Source: an uncultured Acidobacteriota bacterium (GTDB lineage Bacteria > Acidobacteriota > UBA6911). From it: a DNA stretch of 64,000 bases. Below the pieces are notes generated by a model that was not told the DNA's origin, ran no database searches, and saw only the letters and a list, made by a program, of their open reading frames with translations. Positions 8,963 through 20,526 of this stretch are shown in pieces (position 1 is the stretch's first letter; the number at the start of each line of letters is the position of its first letter). The translations under genes were made by a program, and so were the position numbers. The stretch lies in NCBI GenBank assembly GCA_963827655.1, contig CAWHCF010000022.1, positions 320,001-384,000 on the forward strand. The letters run 5' to 3'.

Positions 8963-11900
8963 CTACTGTGTCCCGCGTTTTCCGCGATACGTGATCCACA
9001 TGGGCGAAACCCAAACGATCTCGCCATCCGCCTGCTCGCCGCGAACATAGTAGTAACTGGTCTTTCCCGGCTCCGCCGCCGTATCCCGCCAGGTGAGATC
9101 CACAGACGCCGTCTTGGGCTCCGTCGTGTACACAAACCGATTATCCTTGATGACGTGTACCTTGGCGAATGGCGCGGTGCCAACCAGCTTCAACGTAAGC
9201 GAAGGCCAGTCCGGCGTTTCGAATTCGTCCCCCATCATGTGCTTGCCGCTGCGCAAGTCGGCGAGAATGTCATCGGTCGCTGCATAGACGTGCCGTTTCT
9301 GAAACGCTTCGAGCACTGCCTCGCGCGTCGGTGCCGAAACATACACATTGCAGTAGCTCATGTGCGTCGAAACGTGATCCGAACTCGCCTGGAATCCAAG
9401 CTTGTATCCCTTTTCAAGCGCAAGCGAGACAAAACCCTTGGGGCGCCATCCTCCGATCGAGTCTTGCTCGTTGTTGGAGCGAGGGGCTTGCGGCATTTCG
9501 TAGTTCTGCCTCAACGCCTGGTAAATCTCGACGATGGGTTCAGTCCGTGGGTCGTTATCCCGCCAGTCGGTCCCCATGTTGGTGGCGCTGGTGTGAACCG
9601 CCACGATGCCGTTGAAATGGCGTAGATACTTGTAAAGCATCTGCGTGTCGGGGGCTGGTCCGGTCGAGTCGTCGGCCACCTTGGGGAGCCGCGGCAACGT
9701 GCGTACGCCGCGCTGGGCGAAGATGATGTTTCGATGACCCTCCGGGTATGACACGCTCCGTTCGTAGTTGAACATCGGAGTGAAGACGCCCGGCTGGTGA
9801 AATATATCGGTCAGCTTCTGCGTGATCCACCAGGAGTATTCCCGGCCGAACCCGTTGTCGTGGTCGCAGCAGCCAAGCCAGTCGAGCGCGGCAGCATCCA
9901 GGGAGTAGCGCCAGGCATCCCAGATCGAGCCGTCTCGCGCCGCATCCATCGAGATTTCTGTGTGGCGGTGGAACTCGCCGCGAAGAACACGGTAATCGAC
10001 GCCGTTGATCCGGGCGCGATAGTCGCGCAGCCGTCGTACGTGGGCCCCCTCCGGCTCTACCGCCGCAGGGCCGGTCTCGCGCGCGGCCGATTCGAGCTTG
10101 GCGGGCTTGACCTTTTCGGCCAGGACGATACGGGAGGCATAAAGATCGTTGTTGTAACGATCGTCAAAAGTAGCGAACTGTTGGGTCGCACCGTAGACAT
10201 TGCGCAGGGTCTGATCAAACTGTTGCCGCCCATCGGAGGATCGTACAATCAGCAGCTCGCCCGCGGCCGTGGAAGCAAGAGCCGGTCGATTGTCCAGAAG
10301 GTTGTCGCTGTGCGGGATGAAGATCGGAAGCGTCCAGGAAGCGCCGTCGAACGAGACCACGTTCTCGAACCACACGGTTCCGATCGAGGTCCACCAGATC
10401 GGCTGAGCGGTACGGTAGGCGAGCCACACCCGGCCTCCCCGATCCGACAGCAGCCGCGGGATAGCTGTTCAGCGGGCGCGGCGGAGGCTGCGGCGGCGCG
10501 GCTGGGCGCGCGGTTCTTGGCCAATTGAGGATCGGGCTGTGTTCCCTTTAAACCCTTCTCCCTGGCGTTCCGTCGCGTCCACCATTCGGTTAGGAACACC
10601 GGGCAGAACCGCCCCTAGATTCCCGGGCACAAACGCCTGCTCTCCCTGCCATACCTTCACTTGAATCCAGCGCCCCTGATAGAGCGCCATTCCCGTGGTT
10701 TCGTGGGCGCCAAAGTCTTTGCCCCAGCTCTCGTCCGATTCTTCCCACGCCACCCATAAACGACCGGATTCATCATAGGCGAGGGAAGGGTAAGCCTCAT
10801 AGCGAGCGCTCGCGGCGGCCGGAACCTCCGTTCCGGCGCGGCCGGAGGCGTCGAAGGTGCGAAAATATACGTCGTAGTTCCCTTTCCGATAGCTGTCCCA
10901 GGCCACAGCGACCTCGCCTTTGGGAGAGGCCGCGATCGCAGGATTCCACTCGTTGCCGGCGGATGAAGCCACGGTTAACTCCTCCGCAAAAGACGTCCCT
11001 TGCTGGCGCGACGCGCGAATTTGCGAGCGTCCGTTTCGAAATGCCTGCCATGCCACCCAAACCCGTCCCTGGGCATCCGTGGCGGCGGCGGGCACGATGT
11101 CTGCGCCGCGGTCCGTCGAAAGGCGCAGCGTTTTTCCAGGCTTGCCGGCTTCAAACGGGCGCGCATAAAGGTCGAAATTCCCGCCGGTGTTGGCCGACCA
11201 GAAGACCCATACGCGATTCGATCCATCGACCGCGACGGCCGGCTTGTAGAGATCGCCGCGAGCTTCGGAGACGGAAACCGGTTCCGACCACTTGCCGTCC
11301 GAATAGCGCGCAAGAAGAATCTGGTCTCCCCCGGTCGGCTCAGCCAGCTCAGCCAGGTTCTTGGGAGCCTCCGGGATGCCCAGACGAACGCCGGTGAATT
11401 TGGCATTGGGAGTGAACTGAAGATATGCGATCCAGAGGTTACCGGCTTGATCCACGGCCGCCGCCGGATAGTCCTGGTCTTCGCGCGACCGCGAGACCTG
11501 AGTGGTCGCCGGAACGCGGTCCACCATGACGCGGCCATCCAGAAACTTCGCCGAGGTGCCGTAGGGGACGTCCGCGGGCCGGAACTGAAATTTCCCCTGG
11601 GTCGTGTCCACCCGCACTTCGGACGCGTCGACGAGCTTGCTGAAGGTAGCGACCACGCCGTTCGCCGCTACCGGTCGTTCCGCGGCAGCGCCAAAGACGC
11701 GCACCTGGTGCGTCGAAATCTTCCAGCCCGAGGTTCCTTCCAGCCGATCCTCCTCGTCGAAGCGCCAGGGTTCGAGACGCGCGACAGAGCCCGGCGAGAC
11801 CACCAGGGATCCATCCCATGGAGTCGGCTTTGTGTCTGTGAGCCCAAGCAAGATCCGGAAGCTGATCTCTTCCTCGGGCGCCGCCGGAACCGGCGGCGTG

Positions 11901-11995
11901 GCGGCGGAACCCTGAGGACTGGTCCCGGATTGGAAGCTCAACAGGAACAGAGGAAGGAGCGCAAACAAAAACCAAAGGCGTGAAACCCTGGCCAT
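8963..11995 (-). CDS. Secreted beta-propeller + PHP-fold (DUF3604-like) metallohydrolase; several indels near 10450-10550
   Basis: ORFs 10469-11995 and 8963-10429 together align along the intact paralog 16212-19250 (GEFHRHTE, CCDHD, GHRN, ASSDH). Confidence 0.75.
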
Positions 11996-12173
11996 TTGTG
12001 ATTCCCTCCAGGTTGGATTCTCGTTGGACTGGGATTGAAACTAACCCCAATCGGAACAGAATTTCAACGGTTTTCAGCCGACCGTTACTTCCCCGAGGCG
12101 AAAGCGGCGATTCTACTATCTAATTGGCTCCACTTCTGGTAGAATTGTGGCTACAAGCGAGCGGGGTGCAATA

Positions 12174-12443
12174 ATGGCGCGTGTGGGAATAAGAGCTCTA
12201 AAGAACGACCTGAGTCGGTATCTGCGCCGCGTGCAGGCGGGTGAACGGATCGTGATCACGGATCATGGCAGACCGGTAGCCGCTCTCACGGCCGCGGAAG
12301 ACCCGGGCGAAGCCTCCTGGGCCTGGAACTTAGTTGAGGAGGGATTTGCAGCATGGAACGGAGGTAAGCCTCTCGGCTGTCACAATCCGCCTCGTGTACG
12401 CGGGAAGACGGCAGCCGAGATCGTGCTTGAGAACCGACGATGA
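12174..12443 (+). CDS. Phd/YefM-family antitoxin
   Basis: VGIRALKNDLSRYLRRVQAGERIVITDHGRPVA; overlaps the toxin by ATGA. Confidence 0.9.
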   Translation: MARVGIRALKNDLSRYLRRVQAGERIVITDHGRPVAALTAAEDPGEASWAWNLVEEGFAAWNGGKPLGCHNPPRVRGKTAAEIVLENRR

Positions 12444-12856
12444 TCCTCTACTTGGACACCAGCAGTCTCATTCTAAGAGTTGAACCAGGTTCCGAAATTG
12501 TCCGCCGTCTTCTTGGCCAGGCATCTATCGTATCAACGTCGGTTATCGCATACCCTGAATCTCGCGCGGCGCTAGGCCGTCTCCGACGCGAGGGTACTCT
12601 GACACTGCTCGATCACGAACGATCAAAGCGCGCTCTCGAGAACGACTGGACTCGACTCCTCGCCCTCAATGTAACGGAAAGAGTTTACCGTCGCGCCGGG
12701 GACCTTGCGGAGAAACATGGACTCAGGGGTTTCGATAGCCTTCACTTGGCTTCATACCTCGGATTGATTGGCCAGAGCGAAGGTCAGCCCGTTCGCTTCT
12801 CATCCTTCGACGACTCTCTCAATCGTGCCGCCCGCAGAGAAACCCCTCGAACATAG
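12440..12856 (+). CDS. vapC: VapC PIN-domain toxin
   Basis: YLDTSS, YPE, LRGFDSLHLAS and SFD acidic PIN residues. Confidence 0.85.
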   Translation: MILYLDTSSLILRVEPGSEIVRRLLGQASIVSTSVIAYPESRAALGRLRREGTLTLLDHERSKRALENDWTRLLALNVTERVYRRAGDLAEKHGLRGFDSLHLASYLGLIGQSEGQPVRFSSFDDSLNRAARRETPRT

Positions 12857-12989
12857 ACTCAAATTTGACAGTTCACATTAGTCTGCGCCAGCAGTCTCGA
12901 GATGCCGGTATTTCCCTCGGTATCCCTGCCAGTCAGGCGTCGGCGAAGACTCGGAAAACAGCAGGGCGAGCGCAGTCGGGGGCGGATCG

Positions 12990-13103
12990 AAATCGATAAC
13001 CTTACTTCGTTTTCTCAGCGTCTCCGCGGATGGGCGATGGATGCTATACACGCACCTCGATAGCGAGGAAAGCGACCTCATGCTGGTGGAGAACTTCCGT
13101 TAG
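12990..13103 (+). pseudogene. 3' remnant of a TolB/PD40-repeat protein
   Basis: Translates [30 protein letters not shown], a typical PD40-protein C-terminus; the rest of the gene is absent. Confidence 0.6.
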
Positions 13104-15250
13104 CCGGCGTCGGCCGCGGCCGTGGCGCTCTTCGCCTTGTCGAAGTCCGCGAAGGTCTTTCCCTGTTCGGCCAGCTGCTTCAACAGCGGGGCGGGTTGCC
13201 ACAGGTCTCCGTGTTGGCGCCGGAAATCAGAGATCCGTTCGTAAACCTTATCCAACCCGACCGTGTCCGCATACCACATCGGACCGCCACGATAAACCGG
13301 AAAGCCATAACCGTTGAGATAGATGATATCGATGTCGACGGCCCGAAGCGCGAAGCCTTCTTCCAGGATTCTGGCTCCCTCATTCACCAGAGCGTAGATG
13401 GTCCGCTCAATAATCTCTTCCGGCGCAATAGTCCGTCTCTCGATGCCGGCCGCTCTCGAGCACTCCTCAATGATTTCTTCGACTTCGGGATCCGAGGTTC
13501 GCGTGCGGTCGTTCGGGTTATAGCGGTACCAACCCGCCCCGGTCTTCTGGCCAAAGCGGCGCAATTCGCACAGGCGATCCGCTACCAGGGGGCGGCGCCG
13601 GCCGGGCGTCTCGAGATGCCGGTATTCCTGTCTTATTCGCCAACCGACGTCGAGTCCTGACAAATCACCGGTCGCCAGCGGACCCATGGCCATGCCGAAG
13701 TGGTAGAGCACGCCATCGACTTCTTCCACGCTGGCCCCCTCTTCGACCAGGAACTGGGCCTCGCGCTGATAATAATGGTACATTCGATTGCCGACGAAAC
13801 CGCGACAGTTGCCGACCAGAACGCCGATCTTGCCCAATCTCCTTGCCAGAGCCATCGATGAGGCAATGACGTCATTCGCGCTCGCCTTTCCGCGCACAAC
13901 TTCTATCAGGCGCATCACGTTCGCCGGAGCAAAGAAATGATGGCCGATCACCCGCTCCGGGTGTTGGGTCGCAGAAGCGATCTGGTCGATATCCAGCGTC
14001 GAAGTGTTGGAGGCTAGAATCACCTCGGGCTTGCAAACCTGGTCCAATTCGGAGAAGACCTGTTTCTTTACCTCCATTCCCTCGAAGACTGCTTCGACCG
14101 CAATGTCCACCTCGCCGAACTCGTCGTAACTCAGGGTTGGATGAATCAGAGCCATCCGCTTGTCCACCATCTGCGGAGTGAAGCGTCCTCTCCTGACCGA
14201 AGTATCGTAGTTCCTCCGGATGTTTGAGATTCCGCGGTCAAGAAATTCCTTGGAGACTTCCTTGAGGACCACCGGAATTCCAGCATTGGCGTAGACCATC
14301 GCGATGCCGCCTCCCATGGTTCCAGCCCCGACAACCGCGGCCTTTCTAACTTCCAGGACAGGAGTCTTCTTGGGGAGACCGGGAATCTTCGCAACCTCAC
14401 GCTCGCCAAAGAAGACATGAATCATCGCCTTGGATTGGCCCGAGTAGAGGCATTCTTGAAAGAGCTCTGCCTCTCGCTTACAACCCTCTTCAAAGGAAAG
14501 CCTGGTGGCGGCTTCGACCGCATCGATCGCCTTGTGGGGGGCCATCATGCCGCGGGCTTTTCTGGCCGCCAGTTCACGGGCCGCGCCGAACAGGGCGGCG
14601 TTCCCCTTCTGGTCGCCGAGTTTCTCATTGCGGTCGCGCGTCTTTCGCGGACGCTCACCCCGGGCGAGGAGGTCTCGCGCAAAAACCAACGCCCCTGCCA
14701 GGAGGTCCCCTTCGATGATCTTGTCCACGATGCCGGCCTCGAGCGCTTGTGGGGCACCCACCGGATCTCCCAGAGCGCACATCTCCAGCGCTTTGGCCAC
14801 ACCGGCGAGCCGCGGCAGCCTCTGGGTTCCAGCCGCGCCGGGAATGATTCCGAGCTTTACTTCCGGCTGCCCGACCTGAGCCGTCGGTACGGCTACGCGA
14901 TAGTGGCAGGCCATCGCCACTTCAAGTCCGCCCCCGAAGGCAGTTCCGTGAATCGCGCACACCACTGGCTTGGGGCAGTCCTCTATTTTGAGCAACAGTG
15001 GCAGCAAACCGGGACCACGACTCTTTTCGCCCGACGTGATCTTGCCAAACTCTCGGATGTCCGCCCCCGCGATGAATGTCCGTCCGCTGCCGATCAGAAC
15101 AATGGCTTTGATCGCGGCGTCGGATTGCGCAGCGTCAATCGAACTGCCGATGCCTTCAGGCACGCCGGGGCTCAGCGCATTAACCGGGGGGTTATTGATA
15201 GTAATGATGCCGATGTCGCCATCTCTGGTCAGCGATACCAGTTCGCTCAT
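13100..15250 (-). CDS. Multifunctional enoyl-CoA hydratase / 3-hydroxyacyl-CoA dehydrogenase
   Basis: FIAGADI and GGGLE crotonase motifs; [13 protein letters not shown] and GHHFF. Confidence 0.92.
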   Translation of the reverse strand: MSELVSLTRDGDIGIITINNPPVNALSPGVPEGIGSSIDAAQSDAAIKAIVLIGSGRTFIAGADIREFGKITSGEKSRGPGLLPLLLKIEDCPKPVVCAIHGTAFGGGLEVAMACHYRVAVPTAQVGQPEVKLGIIPGAAGTQRLPRLAGVAKALEMCALGDPVGAPQALEAGIVDKIIEGDLLAGALVFARDLLARGERPRKTRDRNEKLGDQKGNAALFGAARELAARKARGMMAPHKAIDAVEAATRLSFEEGCKREAELFQECLYSGQSKAMIHVFFGEREVAKIPGLPKKTPVLEVRKAAVVGAGTMGGGIAMVYANAGIPVVLKEVSKEFLDRGISNIRRNYDTSVRRGRFTPQMVDKRMALIHPTLSYDEFGEVDIAVEAVFEGMEVKKQVFSELDQVCKPEVILASNTSTLDIDQIASATQHPERVIGHHFFAPANVMRLIEVVRGKASANDVIASSMALARRLGKIGVLVGNCRGFVGNRMYHYYQREAQFLVEEGASVEEVDGVLYHFGMAMGPLATGDLSGLDVGWRIRQEYRHLETPGRRRPLVADRLCELRRFGQKTGAGWYRYNPNDRTRTSDPEVEEIIEECSRAAGIERRTIAPEEIIERTIYALVNEGARILEEGFALRAVDIDIIYLNGYGFPVYRGGPMWYADTVGLDKVYERISDFRRQHGDLWQPAPLLKQLAEQGKTFADFDKAKSATAAADAG

Positions 15251-15280
15251 TTTTAGCCACTCCGCTTATGGAAACTTATT

Positions 15281-15307
15281 AACCACCAAGACACGAAGAC
15301 ACAAGAA
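15281..15307 (+). repeat. 9-bp-period repeat arm (AACCACCAAGACACGAAGACACAAGAA)
   Basis: Lies between the SDR and the hydratase/dehydrogenase genes. Confidence 0.75.
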
Positions 15308-15318
15308 ACACCATCACG

Positions 15319-16089
15319 TCAGACGATCGTCATGCCTCCATCGACCACCAGGGTCTGGCCCGTGATGTAGTTCGATGCTTCGGATGCCAGAAATACCGCG
15401 ACGCCTTTCAACTCTCCTTTGCGTCCCACCCTTCCCATCGGGATCTGCGCCTCGAGCGAGCTCTGCTCTTCCTGCAGCACTTTTTCAGTCATGCGCGATG
15501 GGAAAAAGCCCGGCGCAATGCCGTTCACGCGAATGTTGTATTGGGCCCATTTCGCCGCCAGCTCGCGCGTCAGCGCGATCAGGCCTCCTTTGGCCGCTAC
15601 ATAGCCCGTGATGTGATGCATTCCCGCGGGAAAGCTGCCGACAAGACCCGCGATCGAGGCGATGTTGATGATGCGGCCGTACTTTCGCCGGATCATTTCG
15701 CGTCCAGCGGCCTGGCTGAACAGGAACGCGCCGGTAAGGTTGATGTCGATTACCATGCGCCATTTTTCCAGGGGCATCTCCTCGGCAGGCGCGCCCCAGG
15801 TGACTCCTGCATTATTGACCAGTATGTCGATCTGCCCGTAGATATCCCGTGTCCTGGCGATCATCGCCTGCACGGCTTCGGGATCTGAAACATCGCAGAT
15901 CGAGCCTTCGCACCGAAAGCCGCGTTGCTTCAAGTCTTCCACCGCCGGCCCCAGCCATTGCTCGCGCCGAGCCAGAATCATCAGCGAAGCGCCCGCTTCA
16001 GCCAATCCTTCCGCAATCTCGAGTCCCAGGCCGCGAGAACCGCCGGTCACGAGCGCGACTTTACCACTCAGGTCGAAAAGCTTGTTCAT
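15319..16089 (-). CDS. Short-chain dehydrogenase/reductase (gluconate 5-dehydrogenase-like)
   Basis: TGGSRGLG, NNAG and YVAAK. Confidence 0.9.
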   Translation of the reverse strand: MNKLFDLSGKVALVTGGSRGLGLEIAEGLAEAGASLMILARREQWLGPAVEDLKQRGFRCEGSICDVSDPEAVQAMIARTRDIYGQIDILVNNAGVTWGAPAEEMPLEKWRMVIDINLTGAFLFSQAAGREMIRRKYGRIINIASIAGLVGSFPAGMHHITGYVAAKGGLIALTRELAAKWAQYNIRVNGIAPGFFPSRMTEKVLQEEQSSLEAQIPMGRVGRKGELKGVAVFLASEASNYITGQTLVVDGGMTIV

Positions 16090-16090
16090 T

Positions 16091-16200
16091 TCGATTGACG
16101 ATTTACGATTGACGATTGACGATTGTAACTTAGCTCTTAACCGTGGGGCTATTTCGAAATGGTAACAATCGTCAATCGTAAATCGTCAATCGTCAATCGA
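16091..16200. repeat. Heptamer (TTGACGA) inverted-repeat element
   Basis: About 35-bp arm TCGATTGACGATTTACGATTGACGATTGACGATTG, a spacer of about 40 bp, then its reverse complement. Confidence 0.95.
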
Positions 16201-16211
16201 ACGGAGAAACC

Positions 16212-19200
16212 ATGCGACGAGGCTATGGGCTTTGGATTCTACTCATCTCGGCTGCCACGATCACAGGCTTTTCACTTGGTCCCCAGGGGCAACAGGCAGC
16301 CCGACAGGAGCCGGCGAAGATGCCCGAGGCGATCTCGTTCCGGATTCTGCTGGGCATAGGTGACAAGGAACCCACGGTCTGGGACGGCAAGATTCAGGCC
16401 GCCTCGGGCAGAGTATTGGCCATTCGAGGCTGGCGTCTGGCCGAGAACGACGCCGCACAAGGCGCCGCCTGGAAGATCTCCACTCGCAGAGGGCTGCCTC
16501 CAGTGGGTGCGCAAAATCGCGGCTTGCCCGGGGCCATGCTCGAGAACGGCGTTATCGTGACCGCCGTCCCTGATGGTCCGTCTGCCGGGTTTTCGGTTGA
16601 GACGCCGCAGGGAAAGTTCTCCTTCACGCCCCAGGAGGTATCCTACGGGGAGCCAAAATCATTTCTGGACGGCAGAGTACAGGTCGATCGAGTCCCGAAC
16701 AGCGTGCAGCTGACCAGTTCGGCGGAGGAACAGGACTTCCCGGCCGCGGCACAAACGGAGACCGACGTTTACCTTGCCTATGTAGAATTCGTACACGGCG
16801 ACCGCTCGCAGACTGTTCAAGGACAGTTTCCCTCGGAGCCGAAGGACTTTACTTTTCTCGCGCGTCCGGCCGGAGGGGACCAGGTCATGATGATGCGTTA
16901 CTCAAAAGCCCAACGGACCTGGGATCCGCCCGTGCCGGTTTCGGCGCCGAAGCAGGATGTCCTGCGCGCGGCCGTCGCGGTCGATGGCCAAAAACGGGTC
17001 TGGGTCATCTGGTCGGCAAACAAGGACGGCAACTTCGACCTCTACGCGAGAGCTTACTCCGGCGGTGCATGGTCCTCCGAGTTGCGCCTGACCTCCGATC
17101 CGGGCACCGACATTAACCCGGTGGCGGCGGCGGATGCCAAAGGACGGGTCTGGGTCGCCTGGCAGGCATTTCGCCTCAACAACCTGGAGATCCTCGCAGC
17201 GGCTCAGAACGGCGATGGCTTCACGAAGGAAACCCTGGTCTCGACCTCGCGGAGCAGCGATTGGGATCCCGCCATCGCTTCCGCTCCCAACGGAGACGTG
17301 GCGGTGTCCTGGGACACGTACGACAAAGGGGACTACGATGTGTATTTTCGCAGATTCCGCTGGGACCAGGATCTCCAGATGGATGCGCCCGTGGCCGTGG
17401 CCGCCAGCCAGAATTTCGAGGCTCGAAGTTCGCTGGCCTACGATCCTCAAAACCGGCTCTGGGTCGCTTACGAGGCGTCGGATACAAAGTGGGGAAAGGA
17501 TTTTGGAGCCTACGAAACCACCGGCATTGCGCTCTATCAGGGACACAATGTGCAGCTGAAATGCTTCCAGGGCGCGCGCGTCCTGACCACGCCCGCCGCG
17601 CTCGTCGAGGCTCTCCCCGGCCCGCCGGGAGCGCAGAACCTGGGCCGACGCCGGAGCCAAACTCAAAGCGCCGGCCAGGGGAGCGATGCGAGCAGCGCTA
17701 GCGCGAATCAACCAAACGCTGCGCTGGCCTCAAACCGAAGGCCGAGCGCGACGCCGCAGCCGCCCCCTCTGCCGCTCAACAGCTTCCCCCGGCTTGCCGT
17801 AGATTCAAAGGGGATGGTTTACCTGGCCTTCCGCACGTTCGCGGGCGGCGCCCGCACTCCGATCGGCTTTCCCTGGATCGAGAACGTCGTCTATTTCGAC
17901 GGCGCCGAGTGGCGAGGCCCGGCTCTCGTGCCGCAGAGCGATGGATTGCTCGATAGCCGTCCGGCCGTGCTGTCGCCGGCTGCAGGGACTCTGTTGCTCG
18001 TCGCCGCCACAGACTACCGCCGGTCGCCCCTGGCGGGAAGCGCAGGGCGCGCCGGCGAAGCGATCAATACCGATCTCTATGCCGCCGAGATGAGGGTCGA
18101 TGCCAGTCTGCGGACCTCCGAGTTGAAGGCTTTGCCGGCCGAAACGGCCGCGGCGCCGCATCCCGAAGTCAAGCCGGAGCTGGATCAGGTCGCCCGGCTG
18201 CGCAATCACCGCCTGCAGCTTGGGAAGGAGAAGCTGCAGTTGCTGCGCGGCGAATTCCATCGTCACACCGAGATGTCGGGCGACGGCGGCCGCGACGGTC
18301 CGCTGATCGATGCTTATCGCTACATGATCGACGCCGCCTACATGGATTGGGTCGGTTGCTGCGACCATGATAACGGCGGCGGCAGGGAATACTACTGGTG
18401 GACCCAGCAGAAGCTCACCGACGCCTACAAGCTGGGCCAGCAGTTTATCCCGATGTTCAGCTACGAACGAAGCGTGCGCTACCCGGAGGGACATCGTAAC
18501 GTGGTCATGGCTCGCCGCGGAATTCGCCCGCTCCCAAGGCTACCCAAGGTGCCGGACGACGCCCCCTCCGCGCCGGCGCCCGACACGCAAATGCTCTACC
18601 GTTACCTGCGCGAGTTCGGCGGCATTGCCGCGGTTCACACCTCGGCCACCGATATGGGGACCGATTGGCGCGACAACGACCCGATCGTCGAGCCCGTGGT
18701 CGAGATCTACCAGGGAGACCGGCAAAACTACGAGATGCCCGAGGGACCACGCTCCAATAATTCTCAAGATTCGATTGGCGGCTGGCGCCCTCTCGGCTTC
18801 GTTTCTCTGGCGCTGCAGAAGGGATACAAGATAGGCTTCCAGGCCTCGAGCGACCATATCTCCACCCATATGTCGTACTGTAACCTCTGGGTCACGGCTC
18901 CCACCAGGGAGGCCATCATGGACGCGTTTCGCAAGCGCCGGGTTTATGGAGCCACCGAAAACATCCTGGCCGATGTTCGCTGCGGAGAGCACTTCATGGG
19001 CGAGGAGTTCTCGACCAGCGCGCCTCCCGCCATCTCAGTCAAACTGGCCGGCACTGCGAATTTTGCCAAGGTCCACATCGTGAAAGACAACCAGTATGTT
19101 TACTCCACCGAGCCCGGCACGAAGACGGTCGATTTCGTGTGGAAAGACGCCGCCGCCGAGAAGGGCAAGACCAGCTTCTACTACGTCCGGGGCGAGCAGA

Positions 19201-19250
19201 CCGACGGCGAGCTGGTCTGGGTAAGCCCGATGTGGATCACCTACCGATAA
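16212..19250 (+). CDS. Secreted beta-propeller + PHP-fold (DUF3604-like) metallohydrolase
   Basis: 1012 aa; signal peptide; repeated xxVWVxW blades; GEFHRHTE, CCDHD, YERS..GHRN, HTSAT, ASSDH. Confidence 0.78.
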   Translation: MRRGYGLWILLISAATITGFSLGPQGQQAARQEPAKMPEAISFRILLGIGDKEPTVWDGKIQAASGRVLAIRGWRLAENDAAQGAAWKISTRRGLPPVGAQNRGLPGAMLENGVIVTAVPDGPSAGFSVETPQGKFSFTPQEVSYGEPKSFLDGRVQVDRVPNSVQLTSSAEEQDFPAAAQTETDVYLAYVEFVHGDRSQTVQGQFPSEPKDFTFLARPAGGDQVMMMRYSKAQRTWDPPVPVSAPKQDVLRAAVAVDGQKRVWVIWSANKDGNFDLYARAYSGGAWSSELRLTSDPGTDINPVAAADAKGRVWVAWQAFRLNNLEILAAAQNGDGFTKETLVSTSRSSDWDPAIASAPNGDVAVSWDTYDKGDYDVYFRRFRWDQDLQMDAPVAVAASQNFEARSSLAYDPQNRLWVAYEASDTKWGKDFGAYETTGIALYQGHNVQLKCFQGARVLTTPAALVEALPGPPGAQNLGRRRSQTQSAGQGSDASSASANQPNAALASNRRPSATPQPPPLPLNSFPRLAVDSKGMVYLAFRTFAGGARTPIGFPWIENVVYFDGAEWRGPALVPQSDGLLDSRPAVLSPAAGTLLLVAATDYRRSPLAGSAGRAGEAINTDLYAAEMRVDASLRTSELKALPAETAAAPHPEVKPELDQVARLRNHRLQLGKEKLQLLRGEFHRHTEMSGDGGRDGPLIDAYRYMIDAAYMDWVGCCDHDNGGGREYYWWTQQKLTDAYKLGQQFIPMFSYERSVRYPEGHRNVVMARRGIRPLPRLPKVPDDAPSAPAPDTQMLYRYLREFGGIAAVHTSATDMGTDWRDNDPIVEPVVEIYQGDRQNYEMPEGPRSNNSQDSIGGWRPLGFVSLALQKGYKIGFQASSDHISTHMSYCNLWVTAPTREAIMDAFRKRRVYGATENILADVRCGEHFMGEEFSTSAPPAISVKLAGTANFAKVHIVKDNQYVYSTEPGTKTVDFVWKDAAAEKGKTSFYYVRGEQTDGELVWVSPMWITYR

Positions 19251-19272
19251 CCGCGAAGACGCAAAGACGCTA
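19250..19272 (+). repeat. 9-bp-period repeat arm left of arsR
   Basis: ACCGCGAAGACGCAAAGACGCTA; 21/23 inverted match to 20504-20526. Confidence 0.8.
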
Positions 19273-19280
19273 AAAAAACC

Positions 19281-19317
19281 TTGACTTATTCTTCGGTAAT
19301 TCTATTATTGTGGAATT
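19281..19317 (+). promoter_or_regulatory. Putative sigma70 promoter / ArsR operator region
   Basis: TTGACT-N16-TATTAT immediately before ATG 19318. Confidence 0.55.
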
Positions 19318-19666
19318 ATGAAAAGACAGCCTTCTCAGGAAGAGGTGGCGCGATTTGCCGACATGCTTTCGGCTATGGGGACCGAGCCCCGGCTGCGCAT
19401 CATGCGGCTCTTGCTCTCGGCCCATCCCGACGGGATGGTTGTGGGCGACGTTCAGGCTGAACTCGGAATTCCCCGCCTCTACCCTTTCGCATCACCTGGA
19501 GAAGCTGAAACACGAAGGCCTGGTCACCGTTCGTCGGGAGCGCCAGTTCCTCTGGTACGCCGCCAGCACGGAAGCCCTGGAGGAGCTCCTGTCGTTTCTC
19601 TTCGCGGAATGCTGCTCGCGCAGCAAGGCCGTCAAGGCGGAGAACATCGTGCAGCTATCGAGATGA
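19318..19666 (+). CDS. arsR: ArsR/SmtB-family repressor; frameshift near 19470
   Basis: AMGTEPRLRIMRLL continues in another frame as ASTLSHHLEKLKHEGLV...AECC; the C-terminal CC is typical of arsenite-sensing ArsR. Confidence 0.8.
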
Positions 19667-19693
19667 CCGGTCTTTTCGAGAACGGAGAACCAA

Positions 19694-20506
19694 ATGAGTC
19701 AAGACATCAAAGAAGTCGTGAGAGAGAAATACGGACAGATCGCGTCACAGGTTTCAACCGGTGGCGGCTCTTGCTGCGGAGCGCCGACCGCTTCGAGCCG
19801 GGAGTGCGACCCGATTACTGGCAACCTTTATCAACCAACGGAAACCGCCGATATCCCGACCGACGCAGTCACAGCCTCGCTGGGCTGCGGCAATCCGACG
19901 GCACTGGCGGAACTGCGTCCTGGCGAGACGGTCCTGGATCTCGGATCGGGGGGCGGCATTGATGTGTTGTTATCGGCCAAGCGAGTCGGGCCAACCGGAA
20001 AAGTCTATGGGCTCGACATGACCGACGAAATGCTGGCATTGGCGCGCGCCAACCAGCAAAAATCGGGCATCGCCAACGTGGATTTTCTAAAGGGGGAAAT
20101 CGAAAACATTCCTCTTCCCGACAATTCCGTCGATGTCATCATCTCCAACTGCGTGATCAACCTTTCGGCCGACAAGGATCGGGTCATGGCTGAGGCCTTC
20201 CGGGTTCTGCGGCCAGGCGGGCGGTTTGCTGTCTCCGACGTGGTCGTGCGGGGCGAAGTACCGGCCGAGATTCGCCGCAATGTTGAACTGTGGATTGGCT
20301 GCGTGGCAGGCGCTCTGCAGGAACACGAGTACATTTCCAAGTTGGAGCAGGCCGGTTTCACCGATGTGGAGGTCGAACCGACCCGGGTATACCGGATGGA
20401 AGACGCCCGGGAGTTTCTAGCCGAGGCCGGTCCGAATATCGCCGAGTTGGCTCCGCTGGCGGACGAAAAGTTCATGAGCGCCTTCGTCCGGGCTCGCAAG
20501 CCCTAG
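19694..20506 (+). CDS. arsM: Arsenite S-adenosylmethionine methyltransferase
   Basis: [24 protein letters not shown] and WIGCVAGA. Confidence 0.92.
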   Translation: MSQDIKEVVREKYGQIASQVSTGGGSCCGAPTASSRECDPITGNLYQPTETADIPTDAVTASLGCGNPTALAELRPGETVLDLGSGGGIDVLLSAKRVGPTGKVYGLDMTDEMLALARANQQKSGIANVDFLKGEIENIPLPDNSVDVIISNCVINLSADKDRVMAEAFRVLRPGGRFAVSDVVVRGEVPAEIRRNVELWIGCVAGALQEHEYISKLEQAGFTDVEVEPTRVYRMEDAREFLAEAGPNIAELAPLADEKFMSAFVRARKP

Positions 20507-20526
20507 CGTCCTGGCGTCTTCGCGGT
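20504..20526 (-). repeat. 9-bp-period repeat arm right of arsM, overlapping its TAG
   Basis: TAGCGTCCTGGCGTCTTCGCGGT. Confidence 0.8.
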
